A DNA stretch of 64,000 nt, taken from NCBI GenBank assembly GCA_964106645.2, contig OZ067039.1; one strand, given 5' to 3'. How positions within the stretch are numbered: position 1 is the first letter of the stretch; every line of letters starts with the position of its first letter. This stretch comes from Podarcis pityusensis (lineage: Eukaryota). Below the pieces are notes generated by a model. It saw only the letters and a program-made list of their open reading frames with translations, was not told the origin of the DNA and did no database searches. Below are positions 23,796 through 37,565 of the stretch, piece after piece. The translations under genes and the position numbers were made by a program.

Positions 23796-26700
23796 CTGTG
23801 AAAACCAAGAGATGGCAAAATAATTAGCAAATGTGACTTTACAATGCCCGGTCACTGAGATATGTCTGGAGGCTTTTGTCTGGGTGCCCCCAACTTCAGA
23901 CACTTGGCATGTGGTCATCAGGGACAGGTCTTACCTGCCCCATTTAAGCCCTGAGGTCTGGCACCAGGCCCCCAATGTTTTATTAACACCATCTTTTAGT
24001 GAATGGTGCTTTGGTCCTGCTGTTTTTATTTATTTTTATTTGCGGTTTTATGCTGCTGTTTTAATTGATTTAATTGGTTTTCCTTCTATTTGTGAGCTGC
24101 CTTCTGAATAATTAAATGTTGGGACATTTAAATAAAAACCAACAAAAAGGCCCCCAAATCACCACCCAGGGAGCAGCAGATAATGGAGCCAGCTCCAAAC
24201 AGGCCTGACATCTGCATCTGTGCTGGCATGGACATGCCAGGGAACACCAGGGCTGATGCTAGTCACTACAGCATCCTTCCTTCTTATTTTTAACAAAATA
24301 TTTTATAGTTAGGAGGTGGCAAGTCAAGCATGTACTTGGTTACAGATGTTCATTTTATTACTCATTCCTTAAAGATATATTATGCTTTTCTAGAAGAAAC
24401 GATGCTTTCCCCCAAGTAAATGTGTTTAGCATGAAGCAGCAAAAGCAAACCCCATTTTATTTCTGTAGCCATGATGGTACCCTAAAAATGCAAAACTGCA
24501 CAATTTCAGAGTATTTCTTTTACCAGGGCTAGCAAACAGGTTTTTCTTTGACTTTGCTCTATCGTATTAGCAATGGAAAAGCAGTTACAAAGCATGGAAT
24601 TGCCGTGGTGAGAAGAGAAATGTCAACTGTGTCCTTCACAACTAAATTAATACATATGACCAGCGCCCTATAAGACTGTGAAGTCCAAGGTCTAGAGTTA
24701 CTTAACGGTCATCATTGACCACTGCATGCTGCAGGAAGAAGCCATCAGGATACAAGTGAAAATGTCTCCACAATAACATTCAAAGTTTTAGGAACTGATA
24801 GAGGAAAAAGCTGATTATTTAGCATGATTTTTAAGAGTTGGCTTGATGGACTTGGAAGGAACAAGCCACCAAATCTTCTTCTTCAAGGGTACTTGGTTGA
24901 TGGTGGACTAACTCATGATTTCTGCCCATACACAAAATATTGTACCACGTCCAGTTTTAGCAAGAATATCTTACTCTCTTTGACAGGGACTATACAACCC
25001 GAACAACCTGGATGGTGCAAACAATGCTGCAAATAACTGCCAGTGGTACCCACACTTTTTATTTGTTTATTATAAATATTTCTCTCCCATATTTCCACGA
25101 ATCATGCCCAAGGCTAATTTTTGCTACAGATGTGACTCACTGCAGTTCGGCCCCAATGTACAGGAAGCCTGTAGTATACACAAGCTCATAAACAATTGCC
25201 CCCAATCCAGTGAAGATTAAGAGCCCTGTGTAATTGGAAGCTTCCACATGAGTGGCTGCTCCTAACTGGAAAGAAATTTCGCCTTTCCAATGCATGCTGT
25301 ACATACTTACCTGGGATCATCCAGCAGTCGGGGCCCTATAAATATCCAAGTAGCACTATAATGTAATTGTGCTGAGCATGTTTTCAGGAGATGGAGGTGG
25401 CTAGAGTTGGTCTCCTGTCAATCTGCCTCCCCACCGAACAGAATGCCACAACTGTACCTTCTTTTGCAAGGCACAACCCTGGTGTCTGTGTATGTCTACT
25501 GCTAAATCCGGCCCTGGCTATCATTTCCTCACAGTTCTGACAACTTCTGAATTGCTGCTTGGAAATACATTTCCTACCTTGGATTATTATTTAGGTTACA
25601 AGACAGTATTTGCTTGCTTTTATCCAGTACCAGGGTCCATTTACCCTGTTGACTTCACAATTATGCCCTTTCATGCTCCTGAAATCACCTTGGGTCTACA
25701 CATGCATTTGATCAGACAAAGACATTATTCAGACTACTAGAGGGAGGAATTTTGCACAGACCTTTGCTAGTTAAATCATATACATGGATAAAGAAATCAG
25801 CTCCTTTTCTAGACCCCAGTTGATTCTATACCTCTGCCTGTAAGTAGAATGAAGGAAAGGCCTCCCATCATTACATTTATTCATTAAATCTGTATCCTGC
25901 CCTTCCTTCCAAAGGAGTCCAACATTTTCTGTGAGATCTCACTCACTCTGTCTAGGACTGCCAGATTTAATAAGGGACAGGTGTTCCACATCTCTTAAAG
26001 TGACAGAAGAATTTTGAAAGGTGCAGCTTCTCCTGCTTGTGCAGTTACACTGGTCGAAATTCTGTGGTGCACACAGCCCTTGAAGCACGGGCATCACACT
26101 GTATTGTGAATCTGGTGACCCCAAGGCATTGACTTCAACAGCGTGAGATACAATTACCAGCAGGGTGAAAGGTATCGAAACCCCAGATGATTAATATTGT
26201 CGCTTTCTCAATGGCAAACAGGAAGCGGCAGAACGTGACAGCTACTATGATGGATGTCAGTGCAGCAGCCTGCATCAGGCTAGGTTGAGACATTTGCACT
26301 ATTTTATTGAGTGACAAAAGTTATTGGCATTATCATGCTTTGCTTCCCTATGGCAAGGTTCGTTTCCCACTGGACTCTTTAAACATCACCTCTTTATTTG
26401 AACTCGAAAAGAGATGCCAAGCGTTTAGGGCTCTGTTTGAGCAAGCCAAACAATAGAGATCAGTGCAAACCCATATATTTCATAGGTAGTGACATTTAAT
26501 TTTATTTATTTTTTAACCTAAGAGTACTATACTTGGGGGGTAGAAGTGTTGAAAAGCACAACACTGGATGCATACCAAAGGTTGATGATTTCCCCCAACA
26601 CAGCATTTTCTGAAAGGCTTAGGGACTAGGGGATCAAGCTACACCCTGTACTTTCCATTATTATATTTCATCACCTCTGCTCCATGACAGGTTAGTTACT

Positions 26701-27923
26701 AGTGCCTACTCTACAGCAGTTGAAGCAAATATTGGGAACTGCAGCAAGCAAATATGGGGCATTGCAACCAGCACATTAGGGAAGAGATCAAAACAAGATT
26801 ACTAAATCAGATTTCGGTATCTGGAAAGTGGGAGACTGGAGAGATAAAACTTTCGGTAAATGCTCAGGATGACTTCCAAAAAAATAATGAGACGTTTTAT
26901 AGTTATAGTGATATAATACAAATTCCAACCTATACATCAAGGCATACCTCTATAAATAAAATATGAAGAGAACAAATGGGACCAATGGATATTACTAAGC
27001 CATTATAAACTGTGCAATTGATTAAGAAACAAATCACTTGCAATACTACATTAAAGCTGCTAAATGTATCTTGGAGAGGCTTAGTCGGTTTTCATTCAAT
27101 GTTTGGGTTGGAAGGAATTTCCATTTGTATTCTACTAGTTAGTGGCCTGATTCCCCTGCCACCCAATAGTGTGTAGAGACTTGTTTGTCTGACAGCTGCT
27201 TCACAAGTTCTGTAGCATGTTTCTTACCACGCATGTACATGCAACAGGGAGCTTACTGGCCAGGGAAACAGAACCTCAGGCCCAGGGACCAAATGTGGGC
27301 TCTCTTTGGACCTTGGGGTTCCCCCCAACCCATGCACCCCCCGTCACCAGTCTCATCATGGAGTGTTTCTGCCTGTCTAGAATGAACCCTTGGACTCTGA
27401 CTATGCCTCTTGGCTGGATGGAGGACACAGACTAGACAAGAGGCAAAATTCACATGTATTGTTCTGCACACTTTGTCTCTGCCCATTGGCATGTGGGCCC
27501 CTGGAAGGTTGCGCAGAAGGGAATGCAAGCCCTCAGGCTCTGAAAAAGGGTCACCGTCCATTATAGGCTACCAGCCCCTCCCTCCAAATGTATGTGCTAC
27601 TGTGATGCTGAAAGCACACTTTTGCATAATGAAACTCACATACTGCGGAATGCACAAAAAGTATACAGTTCCTACAAAACGGTTTTGCAGCTAAAATCAA
27701 ATATTTTGACTGCATTTCTTTAAAAAAGGAATTTGTGAAGCAGCTCTGAAACACATGGACTTATTATTTGTTCTATAAGCACCCTTGGAATCTTGCACCT
27801 TTCCAGAGGCATATATGGTTGTGAGAGTCTCTGTACAGGAAAGTCTCCAATTCCATGCAGTGAATTTGAGCACATGGACCGTCTGGTCTATTCTACTTTC
27901 AGTGAATCCTGTACAAAGCCTAC

Positions 27924-28050
27924 CTGGACCCCCAAGATGCCAAAAATGATGAAGAAAGCACAGCAGATGACAACAATGTTTCCAATGGGTTTTAGGGATG
28001 ACATGAGGGTTTCTACCACCAGCTTCAGCCCTTGTGCCCGGCTAATGACC
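27924..28050 (-). CDS. CACNA1G: CACNA1G exon 22 (127 nt, domain III S4-S5 linker and S5)
   Basis: ctttcag|GGTCAT...GTCCAG|gtaggc; [42 protein letters not shown]; phase 2/0. Confidence 0.96.
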
Positions 28051-28450
28051 CTGAAAGACAAAACTAGCATGTTAATAGCATCCTAAGAACATATCTTTCT
28101 TCATTCAAAGGGAGTGGGGAAAAGGCAAGTTGAAGTAGCAACTAGCTCAAATACAGGAACTTTAAAGAAATAAAACGACACCAATCTGAAAAGGTAAAAT
28201 GGAACTGAAAATGTGCATTTGGGAGAGCACTTGTGTGATCTGAATGAGACACAAAGAGAATTACAGGATTTTTGTGCTTTTACACAACCCACTTATCCCA
28301 TAGAGATATAAACAAGCAGCATAAATGGGACATCTGAACAGTATTGTCGTTTTACAATGACCAATTTGTGGCATTTCACCTTAAAACATCTATGTATTTT
28401 TGCCATGCTTTCTTCCACACTGCTGTAATAAACCCTGTGCTTTATACGAT

Positions 28451-29275
28451 TGTAATGGCCGTTTACCGTCTTGCAGGTGAGTGGCGGTTGTGGCCCAACG
28501 CGGCGCCTCCTCTCTCCTCTGGACATGCAGCACCATTTTAGATTGTTTCCCTGTCCCCTCTGGCCACTGCAGAAGCTCACAGGTTCCCACCTAATGAGCC
28601 AATCTGCAGCGGCCCGGGGAGGGATGGCCATCTACTTAGCCTGGCTGACCACTCAGCACAGCATCCAGTTGGCCATGATCGTCACCCACCCTTACCCTCC
28701 CTTCATTAATAGTTGATTACTGCTCTAACCATTTCTTTTCAGCTAGCTGAGCTTTGCTGTGATCTTTTGGCGGTTGCTGTATTCGGAGCTGGGAAGCAAT
28801 TTCCTCTGCTCGGCAGGTTTCATTTTTCCCATAGCACAACTTTGGCAGTTTAGGCCTTGGGCGGAATCCTATAGTCTTTCATCCAATCGGGGTGTGGTGA
28901 AGTGGTGACTCATCCACCCCCTGTTCCCTGGGGTGGCGTACCCCGTTAGACGGGTCTAGAGGGAAGTCTCTGTCCAAAGAGCAAAGTGTGTAGGGCTAGC
29001 GGGCCATAGAGCTTCCCACAGCGTTTGGGGGCCATTTGCGTAAACCTGCGTTTTGCAGTGGATCCACCCCCGAATAGACCCTGTCTTGCCTCAGTTCCCG
29101 AGCAAGGGGGTGCGGGGCTGAGAGGGATACACGCCCAATGCCTATGCCAAAGCTTCCTACATCTGAAAGCAATAAGTTGTGGCCGTTTAAATCCCAGACG
29201 GTTGTTGTATCCATTCATTTTCCCACTCAGCAGTTAGGCGCACCAGGAGAGTGGACTCTGTGGCTGGGCACACAA
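28451..29275 (+). mobile_element. CpG-rich terminal-repeat-like retroelement remnant (possibly Ngaro/DIRS or a solo LTR)
   Basis: Sharp GC/CpG rise against AT-rich flanks; polyA-signal-like aataagttgtggcc near the 3' end; no clear TSD; family assignment from recall only. Confidence 0.45.
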
Positions 29276-29479
29276 CCAGTCTTCCAAACAGCCATAGAAA
29301 TGTGAAGCTAGATGTAAAGAAAGAGCTTTGGCTGAATCTGGGTTATCACTGAATATGGGGATGCATCTTTGCTACCACAATGATTTTTTTTAAAAAATTA
29401 CAACAATGAATGAGATGGGTATTCTGAAGCAACTGACAGCTTAGGATTCTCAGAGTACTCATGGGATAATTTTTGAGAG

Positions 29480-29655
29480 AAAGAAGAAGAGAAGAGAAGA
29501 GGAAGAGTTTGGATTTGATATCCACACCCCGATTGGATGATATCCCGCCTTTCACTCCCTTTAAGGGGTCTCAAAGCGGATAACATTCTCCTTTCCCTTC
29601 CTCCCCCACAACAAACACTCTGTGAGGTGAGTGGGGCTCTGTGAGGTGAGAAAGC
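29480..29655 (-). mobile_element. Truncated SINE 3' end with a (GAA/GAAGA)n tail
   Basis: gaagaagaag...tttggatttgatatcc...ggtctcaaagcgg..aaca...cccacaacaaacactctgtgaggtgagtgggg; local duplication of ctctgtgaggtgag. Confidence 0.6.
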
Positions 29656-32379
29656 TTTCAAGATGCCTTTAGCTTGACTATTTAAATGCACTGTAATGGA
29701 GAAAGGCCATAAGTTATCAAGAGCTGTGACTGCAACATGCATTCTTTCCCTTATGGCCCCTGATGACCAGAACAGTTGACCAAAACTCCAGTTTCTGCAA
29801 ATGATGAGGAAAAGTCTGTGGTATAATGATGCCAATTAAGGGCATTGGCCTACAGATTCTGGTTTCAAACAATTGAGCTATTGCCCTGAGATCTTATGAT
29901 GAAGGGAGGTATATAAATCTAATAAAAATAAATATAATAGATTTATTTGTGTGTGTGCTGAATTCAGTTGCCTGTGATGTATCCTGTCAACATGTCTTTA
30001 ATTTTGCTCAACTTTTAAAAATACAGCAGTAGCCTCAGTAGTGCTTCCCTGGAAACCCCATGCTCCTTGGCTGAGAAATTAAACTGTATCCCGTTTGACC
30101 TCGCGGGTAACAATCTAAGCTCCTGTAAACAGAGTCTGGCACCGTATAACCCGTCATCATTCTTCAGATGTAGGCCCTTGGACAATGGTTCACTTCTGCA
30201 AGAAGTTTGAATGTATGGTTTTAATCTAACTCACTGTCACTTTTGGCCTTATTTCCTGACTGGGATTCCTGAACATTGCTACCCATTTGGAGAAAATCTC
30301 TATGTATTCTGCTCTTCGGCAAAGCTTCAGCAGTTTGTATTTTTTTCTGAATACACTGTTATCATTCACATTCTCAAGGTAAAAAGCAAAGATATTTACT
30401 TATATTTCTGCTGGTTCCACCAGAAAGGTATCCTTAAATTGATTCAGTGGGGAACTTTTCTCTTTTTTGAGCCAGCAATAGACAGGGCCAAATCCAGAAG
30501 GGGATGGGGCCAAGACTACACACATCAATTAATCTACACAATCCTCCCACTTCAAACATTTCTACACCAACACACACACACACTCATTTACTCATATCCA
30601 TTTATCCCCACACTCCCTCCTCTCATACACATCTCTTGCGTTTCCTTTGCTGTGCGTGTTATGGTCTGTTTCTGCACCACCAGCTTGTCCCTGTCCTCTG
30701 TTTCACACAAGCAGCCAAGAAGGAGAAATGGGCTTTGGAAGGAGTGGGGCTGCAGGAGAGACCAACCAGCTGCATGGGGAGGCCTGGCAGGCCATGCTTG
30801 GATTGTGCACCAGAGATTCCCCGCCCCAATTTTAATGGATCCACTTCATTTCTTGCAGATTCGTAGCATGACACTGTCCCTGAAAAAGTGACAGCACCAT
30901 TATAAATGCACAGTTGGCTTTATGATTTTCAGGGGCCCTGGGTAAGAGACCATCATTAAGCCCTGTTAGGCAGTGAGCCATAGAGTGTGGAATTTATAAA
31001 TGGAGAGCACCCCAGAATAATCTAATCAAATTCCTGGAATAAGTGTCATCCCCACAAATTTCTCTGGAGCATAAAAGTGCCTTAATACCAAATCAGGCAT
31101 TGGCCCATTGGTCTGTAGGACTGCCATATACCTGAGATCTTCTTCACCACATGGAGTATATGCTATCCTAGCCCTTCACTCTCCAAAGAGCATAGTGGAA
31201 TAACATATCTCCACAGGCTTCACTTTCCACATCTGTGCAGAGCAACTAAAAGTCAGCTTATCATTCTCCATGTGGATGACTTCTAATTCTTATAGAACCC
31301 CCTCTTTTTTGCTGAAGAAAGAGGTACAAAAGCTTTAAGAAAATAGTTGTCTTTTATAAGTAGCTTTAAATTCTATAGCCAATGATAACAGCAATTCCCT
31401 GTGTTAGGTTTTGTTTTGTTTGTTCATAACACCGTTGTTTAAAATGCTTTTGCTCTTGACTTTCCTACCTCCATTCTGTCATATACATTCCAACTTCCCT
31501 GAGTTGAAACTCACTCAGGAAGCCTTGATTGGGACTTTGCACAACTACCACACTAATCAGTGACCTTCAGTGATACAGCATCACTCCTGAATACGGAACA
31601 AAATTCCATAACTGCGAATTAGAGTATACTGCTGCAATTGGAGAGAGTGAGCAAGCAATCGATACGCGAGACAAATGCAAGCAGGAAAACAAAGCAGCTA
31701 GAATTACTGCACTGCCTTACCAAGGACAAGTCTTACCAAGGGCAGAACTTTACCAAGAGAATTAAGAAGAAGCTTGCTTGCCTTATGTTAGCTACCAAGT
31801 CCTTAAGCAATGCCCCCTAAAAAAAATTGACCAAAGCAGCTTGCCATGCTTAACAAGTTGGGAGTAAAGTCTTAAGAATGGATGTGGACATACAGAGTGA
31901 ACATTAGTTAATACAAGTACTCTGTTTTACTATTTAGTGGACACTGCATTTGTAAACGAACAGAAACTGTCCTTTGTGGGTGTACACTAAAACAAGTGTA
32001 GAGTGAATGTTGTAAAAGCATGGCTCTGAAGCCTTGCTGGAAGTTTTAGTTAACATTTTTCTTTGGTCTCATTAAGTGCATCCAAGAAGACCCACTAGCC
32101 ATCCTTGCACAGTCCACCCAATGCATGAAAACCACCTGGACATGAAAAAATTAGAATATCATATTGTGCTTTCCTTCATTTTCTCCCAAGGCTGCTTCCC
32201 ATATTTTGAGTGCATTCCAAAAGTGTTCACTGTGAGTGGGGAAAGCTTTCCTGCAGACATAGCCTGCCCTTTATCCTCCAAAGCAACCATCCTAGTCCTC
32301 AGCTTAGTGTGCTCTGCACAGGCAGCTCCCATCCATGTAGGCAGCTCCACTTTCAAGATCAGCAATAAACTAGCATTCC

Positions 32380-33225
32380 TGCCTATTTATTTTAGTTACT
32401 TTATACCATGCAGTTCAAAGAAACTTCCCAGGAGCAGATTATAATCAAAACAGAAATAAAATAACACCATAGAAAAGAATAACAGGTATACAATAAAAAC
32501 AAGAACAGAAGCTAAAAGAGCAGGTTACAGAACAGTATAAATACCAAACACTTGAAATAAAACCCAGTTAAAATGCCTGGGAGAATAAAAATGATGCCAG
32601 TAGGTACCAGGCAAGTTTTTGTTTTTTTCCCTGGAGAGAGAATTCTACAACCAGGGCACCACCACCAAGCAGACCCTTTTCCTTGTCACCTCCCACTGAA
32701 TCTGTGATGGCAGGGACATCCAAAAGTGATGGCCTTCAAAAATGACCTTGACTGATAAAGAAGAATAAGACTCATCATGCAACTTGGACCTAAGCCATTA
32801 AGGGCTTTAGGAGTTAAGAACTGAACTGAACTCAGAACAAGACAAGGATCCAGTGCAATTAACGAAGCACACTGGCATTTTGTGATCGTTGCATCTGGTT
32901 CTAGTTAGCAATCTAGCAGCTGTATTTTGAACTAATGGTACTTCCCAAACTCTTTTCAAAGGCAGCCCCACATATAACACACTACCGAAGTCTAACCTGG
33001 AGGTTACCAAAACATGGATGACTGAGACTCAGCTATCTCTATCCAGAAAGGATCGGAGTTGGCATGCCAGCTGCATCTGGTAGAAGGCATTCAATGCGAC
33101 TGTGGTCAACTGTGCCTCCAGTGACAAAGCAGGATCTAGGCGCAACCCATACATTCCTCCTATAGTGGGAGTGCCACCCTACCTGGACAAGAGTCACTAT
33201 CTTTGGAGTAATGGGCAGCATCACA
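32380..33225 (-). mobile_element. Degenerate L2 LINE 3' fragment
   Basis: VTSRLDFGSVLYVGLPLK...LVQNTAARLLT motif; A-rich 3' UTR on the + strand. Confidence 0.75.
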
Positions 33226-35849
33226 CTTGAACACTAGCTTAGAGCTGGGACTGGAAGTCTCCCCCCCCCCTCCATTCTATCCTTAGCTCAAGGATGGGGA
33301 AATGGTGGACATCCATATGTTGTAGGACTCCAACTCCTATCATCCCTGACCACTTGCTATGTTGGCTAGGACTCATGGGAGTTGAACAACATCCAGAGAA
33401 CCAAAGGTTTCCCATTCCTGCCTAAATCAGCTAAGTCCACAACTAATTGGTACTCCATATATAAAAGCAGCCCTGACCCAGACAATGTTGCAGCAATTGT
33501 CCTTAATCCTTCACTAGGGTTCTCTCCCTTTTCCTTCAGGTATTTTACCTTACAAGGCCCTCCAGGCTGTGCTCTTCCCATTTTCCTTTGTCCTCCTTAC
33601 TGTCCCAGTGGTTGAGGGTTGCACTCTCCTTTGCCAGCCCTTTGCTTCCAGGTCTTATTAGAGTAGCTCCTGTTGAGGGTCTTCATTTCATGTCGCGCTC
33701 TGAGACTTCTGCACAATGTCTCCTTCCTCCTCTTCTCATCTTTTTTATATTAAAAAACCCCTATTTGTCACACTCACCTCTGACATGCCTACTCATTTTT
33801 AGCTGGAGCCAATCACAAGTCAGTCTTCAACCACCAGAGTACTCCTGCTAATAAAATTAGTCATGCTTAACGCTAGGCGTGATCTGTAGTGTTCTAGTGA
33901 ACTATTTAAAGCAGGTATGTCCCTAAACGCTGGAAGCAGGAAACTACAACACAGATTTTATTGCTCGCCACTGCCTCTCACTAAATCCCCGTGTACAATA
34001 ATAGAAATATCACTTTCCAATCTCCATTATTTTCCCCGAGCAATTAGAACAAGACGACTGCTTTTGCTTTTTGTTAATAATAGAATGTTGTATTCTCTTC
34101 ATTTTTTTTAAAAAAGGAAGCAGATGGATGATCTTTATATAACTCCTCCAGCAAATAAACACACCACATACGCACATACAGCGAATGGATTGCTTTCTGC
34201 AAGCCTAGTCCAGGTAGAGGTTAATATGGATGTGCGTGTGGCCGTGGTGTGATGGCCACCAAGGATGTGAGCCATGTGTGCCCTGCCACATGGCAAACCT
34301 TGTGTAAAGCCTTGGACACATAGTTCCTGGCCAACAAAGCTTGCACAACCTCCAAGGCTTTGCTGGCGCGGTTAAAACTGGCTTGAATCACAAGGGCAGT
34401 GCTTCACACAAACGACATACCATGTGGAGAAGTGCCCATATGGTTTGCATCCGTTGCGGACACCACATCACAGAGTGCATGTATGAAGTGGCGCCTCTTT
34501 GGATAAAAAGGGAGGCGTGTTTGTCTAAGCTGTTTCCTTTTGGTAGCGAAGAGTACAGTTACACTTGGTGCTAGGGTGGGGGAAGATTTGGATGTGCGCA
34601 GGCATGTTTTGATGAAAGATTTCTACAAGCTGGACAGGGATTCTTCTGTCATTCCCTTGGCTCTATTCTCTAGTCTGCTTCACCATTTCCCCACCAGATC
34701 TACGTTCTTCTATATTTTTCATTGGCGTGGGAAGGGGGGCCCCTGCAAATTCCTTGAAGTAGACTACATAATGAAAAACAATCACATCCAAATGTTGCAA
34801 TATGCATTATGTAAGTTGCACTATTTATTCCGGGCACCAAAACCACATTTGGATTACTTGGTGCAGAAACGTGTACAGCTTTGGCTTAAAAACCTCTCTG
34901 TCGTTTCCTCCTCAGCTTCAATGCTAATGCAGTTCTCATGTCTTCAGGAAACAAAAATGTAAAGACTTTTACAGAATACAACTAATCCCTAATCATTGAA
35001 AGAGGGCAACATGTTTTTGCTTAAGGGCTCCAGGGACCCTTAATGGTAAAATCAGCAGGGCTTTTTGGCTCTAAATTAATAGTGTGGTGGATCAGAGACC
35101 ACGGAGGTGGTAGGCAGGAACAGAAGCTCAGTGGTATCCAAGAGGTTGTGGGTGGGTGGGGGGCAGCAGCTGAGGCTGACTAGAGGTAGCACTAATATTT
35201 GGGAATGGGGATGCTGCATTCCTGTAGATCAGGAATGTGATCTAGCTCTCCGTGCAGAGAACCCATCCATTTCAGCTACCTGAGGCTGTAGTGAGAATGG
35301 TTTTAAGCTAGTGTCAAGTGCATGACAAATGAAGAAAATTGAAGTCAGGGCATGTGTTACTCCCCCTCCCAAAACATACCTCCCCATCTAATCCCTGGAG
35401 TATTTCCCAGTTCTGCTAGCCTCAGCAGTCTCGATTCTTTCTGCTAAACTTGCACCATGCAGACAGCTCCATCCTAAACACCTGTCAGTCTCATATCTGC
35501 TGGAACACGTTTGCCAGCTTTAAGCCTACTAGTCCGATCAGAGCACTTGTCACAAAGTGAGGGAAATTCAGATTTGCCTTCAACACTCAGAGAAGTGTTA
35601 ATATGATAGAAAAGAGCCACGAAAAATGACTTGTAGCGTAGTGTTATGAAGAGTGAATAATTCATACATCTATTTTGGAAGCCAAAGCCAGGACAGAATA
35701 GTATTCAACCCCCTCCCCCCCCCCCAATTATTCTGAATACATTTTAAATGTTGGTTTCTCTTGTATTTGATCCTGGCAATAGCAGCCAGGGAAAAAAAAA
35801 ATAGTTGCAAGTAATCCAGATTTACAAGGGGCTGGTGGATTACTACAAT

Positions 35850-36175
35850 GTGTTATACATGGGGCTAACTGTGGAAACAGTCTGGAAAGTCAGCTGTTCC
35901 AATATAGGGCAGTGAGAATATTAACTATCACATCAGGACTTTAACATCTGCAATGGCTTCAATATATTTCTGTGCCGAATTCAAGGTGCTAATATTATTC
36001 TTTAATCTCCTAAATGGCTTGGGGCCATGCTACTGGAAGGTTCACCTTTTTCTGCATATGCCTTAAGATCTTCATTAGAGGTTGTACTCGAGATGCCTCC
36101 ACTAAATGAGATGCGTGGTTACTAAGGAGCGGGCCTTTTGCCTGATACCTACACTGTGGTCTTTCCAGCACCAGG
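35850..36175 (+). mobile_element. Degenerate L2 fragment
   Basis: gattactacaatgtgttatacatggggcta...gaattcaaggtgcta...ctaaatggcttggggcca matches the L2 DYCN..YxGL / FKVL / LNGLGP segments. Confidence 0.6.
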
Positions 36176-36269
36176 TAAAGTTATTTTAATTTTGCAAAAA
36201 AAAAATTAATTTTTTTTAGTTATATGCATCTTTGGTATTTCACAATAATTATTCCGCCCCCCTAATGAT

Positions 36270-36452
36270 TGGCTGTAGCTCAACAGTAGAGCATCTTCTT
36301 TGTATTTAGAATGTCCCATGCTCAATTCCCAGCATCTCTAGGTAGGGCTGGGTGAGGCCCCCTGCCTAAAACCCTGAAGAGCTTCTATCGGTCTGTGTAG
36401 ACAACACTGAGCATGATGGACGAATAGATTCAGTAGGAAGTTCCCTATGATC
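36270..36452 (+). mobile_element. tRNA-derived SINE; family copies on the minus strand at ~48885-49030 and ~50842-51035
   Basis: ggctgtagctcaacagtagagcat tRNA-like head with gtagggctggg...aaaccctg...gtagacaacactgagc body, matched in reverse by the 50.8 kb copy. Confidence 0.65.
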
Positions 36453-36488
36453 TTGTATTGGCCGCACTGATATTGTTGTTAATACATA

Positions 36489-36845
36489 AAGGTAAAGGTA
36501 AAGGGACACCTGACCATTAGGTCCAGTCATAACTGACTCTGGGGTTGCGGCGCTCATCTTGCTTTATTGGCCGAGGGAGCCGGCGTACAGCTTCCGGATC
36601 ATGTGGCCAGCATGACTAAGCCGCTTCTGGCGAACCAGAGAAGCGCATGGAAACACCGTTTACCTTCCCGCCGGAGCAATACCTATTTATCTACTTGCAC
36701 TTTGACATGCTTTTGAACTGCTAGGTTGGCAGGAGCAGGGACCGAGCAACGGGAGCTCCCCCCCGTCGCGGGGATTCGAACCGCTGACCTTCTGATTGGC
36801 AAGTCCTAGGCTCTGTAGTTTAACCCACAGCGCCCCCCGTGTCCC
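36489..36845 (-). mobile_element. Full-length Sauria SINE with a 12-bp target-site duplication
   Basis: (ACCTTT)n tail, B-box (gggattcgaacc on +), 5' end gggacacggggggcgctgtggg; TSD tgttaatacata at 36477-36488 and 36846-36857. Confidence 0.92.
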
Positions 36846-37129
36846 TGTTAATACATACCCTGATGTTATTTTCTTGTGTCTTTATTTAACCGATTCATAA
36901 CTTTTATAAACTGTACAGAACACTTTGTGGAAGGGTAGCATTAAAAAATAAATAAATCTAAATGAGTAGTTAATGCCACAGCACCTCGGAAAGTTATCTA
37001 CAAACAACACTTGGAATTCCTTCTCTCTTCTTTTAAACGGGGTCTTTTCAGAGTGCTATAATGCAGGTTGTCAACAGACCTCAGTAAACAAGCACCTAAT
37101 CATCCCTGGTCTCTCCAGGGAGAAGCATG

Positions 37130-37565
37130 CTAGTTGTAACAGCAGTCTTGATCACTCATCACTCATCTGTCCCCAAAAAACATTATTTTGGCAGAAGGAA
37201 AAACCCAAGACACCATATTACACTTTTGTTGAAGCAGCTGCACTGGCTGTTTGTATACCAGCAGGCAGGTTCACGGTGTTGTTACTTGTTTACACTGCCT
37301 AAACAACTTGGGACCCAGCTATTTGAGAGACCACTTCTTCCTTTACAACCCTGCTTGGCTACTACATTTGATGGTAGAGGACCCTAAGAGCTCCTACTTT
37401 TAGCCTTGCATCCACCACAGTGTGGCATTCACTACCATCTGATCTAAGGCATTATCCAACAAACTACTCTTTCAGGTGTATGCTAAAGATTATTATTATT
37501 ATTAACTGGATACTTATCTGAAATTATTTTGTTTACAGTAAAACTGTCACAATTATTTACAACGA
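37130..37565 (+). mobile_element. Degenerate L2 fragment
   Basis: HHITLLLKQLHWL motif and an aacttgggacccagctatttgagagacc (LGPSYLRD) segment. Confidence 0.65.

Noticed and set aside
30211-30891. Longest ORF in the track (226 aa, + strand)
   Set aside because: Runs through CA-rich low-complexity sequence, has no recognisable domain and is antisense within an intron; most likely chance.
36270-36335. tRNA-like sequence
   Set aside because: SINE head with a degenerate B-box and no complete cloverleaf.
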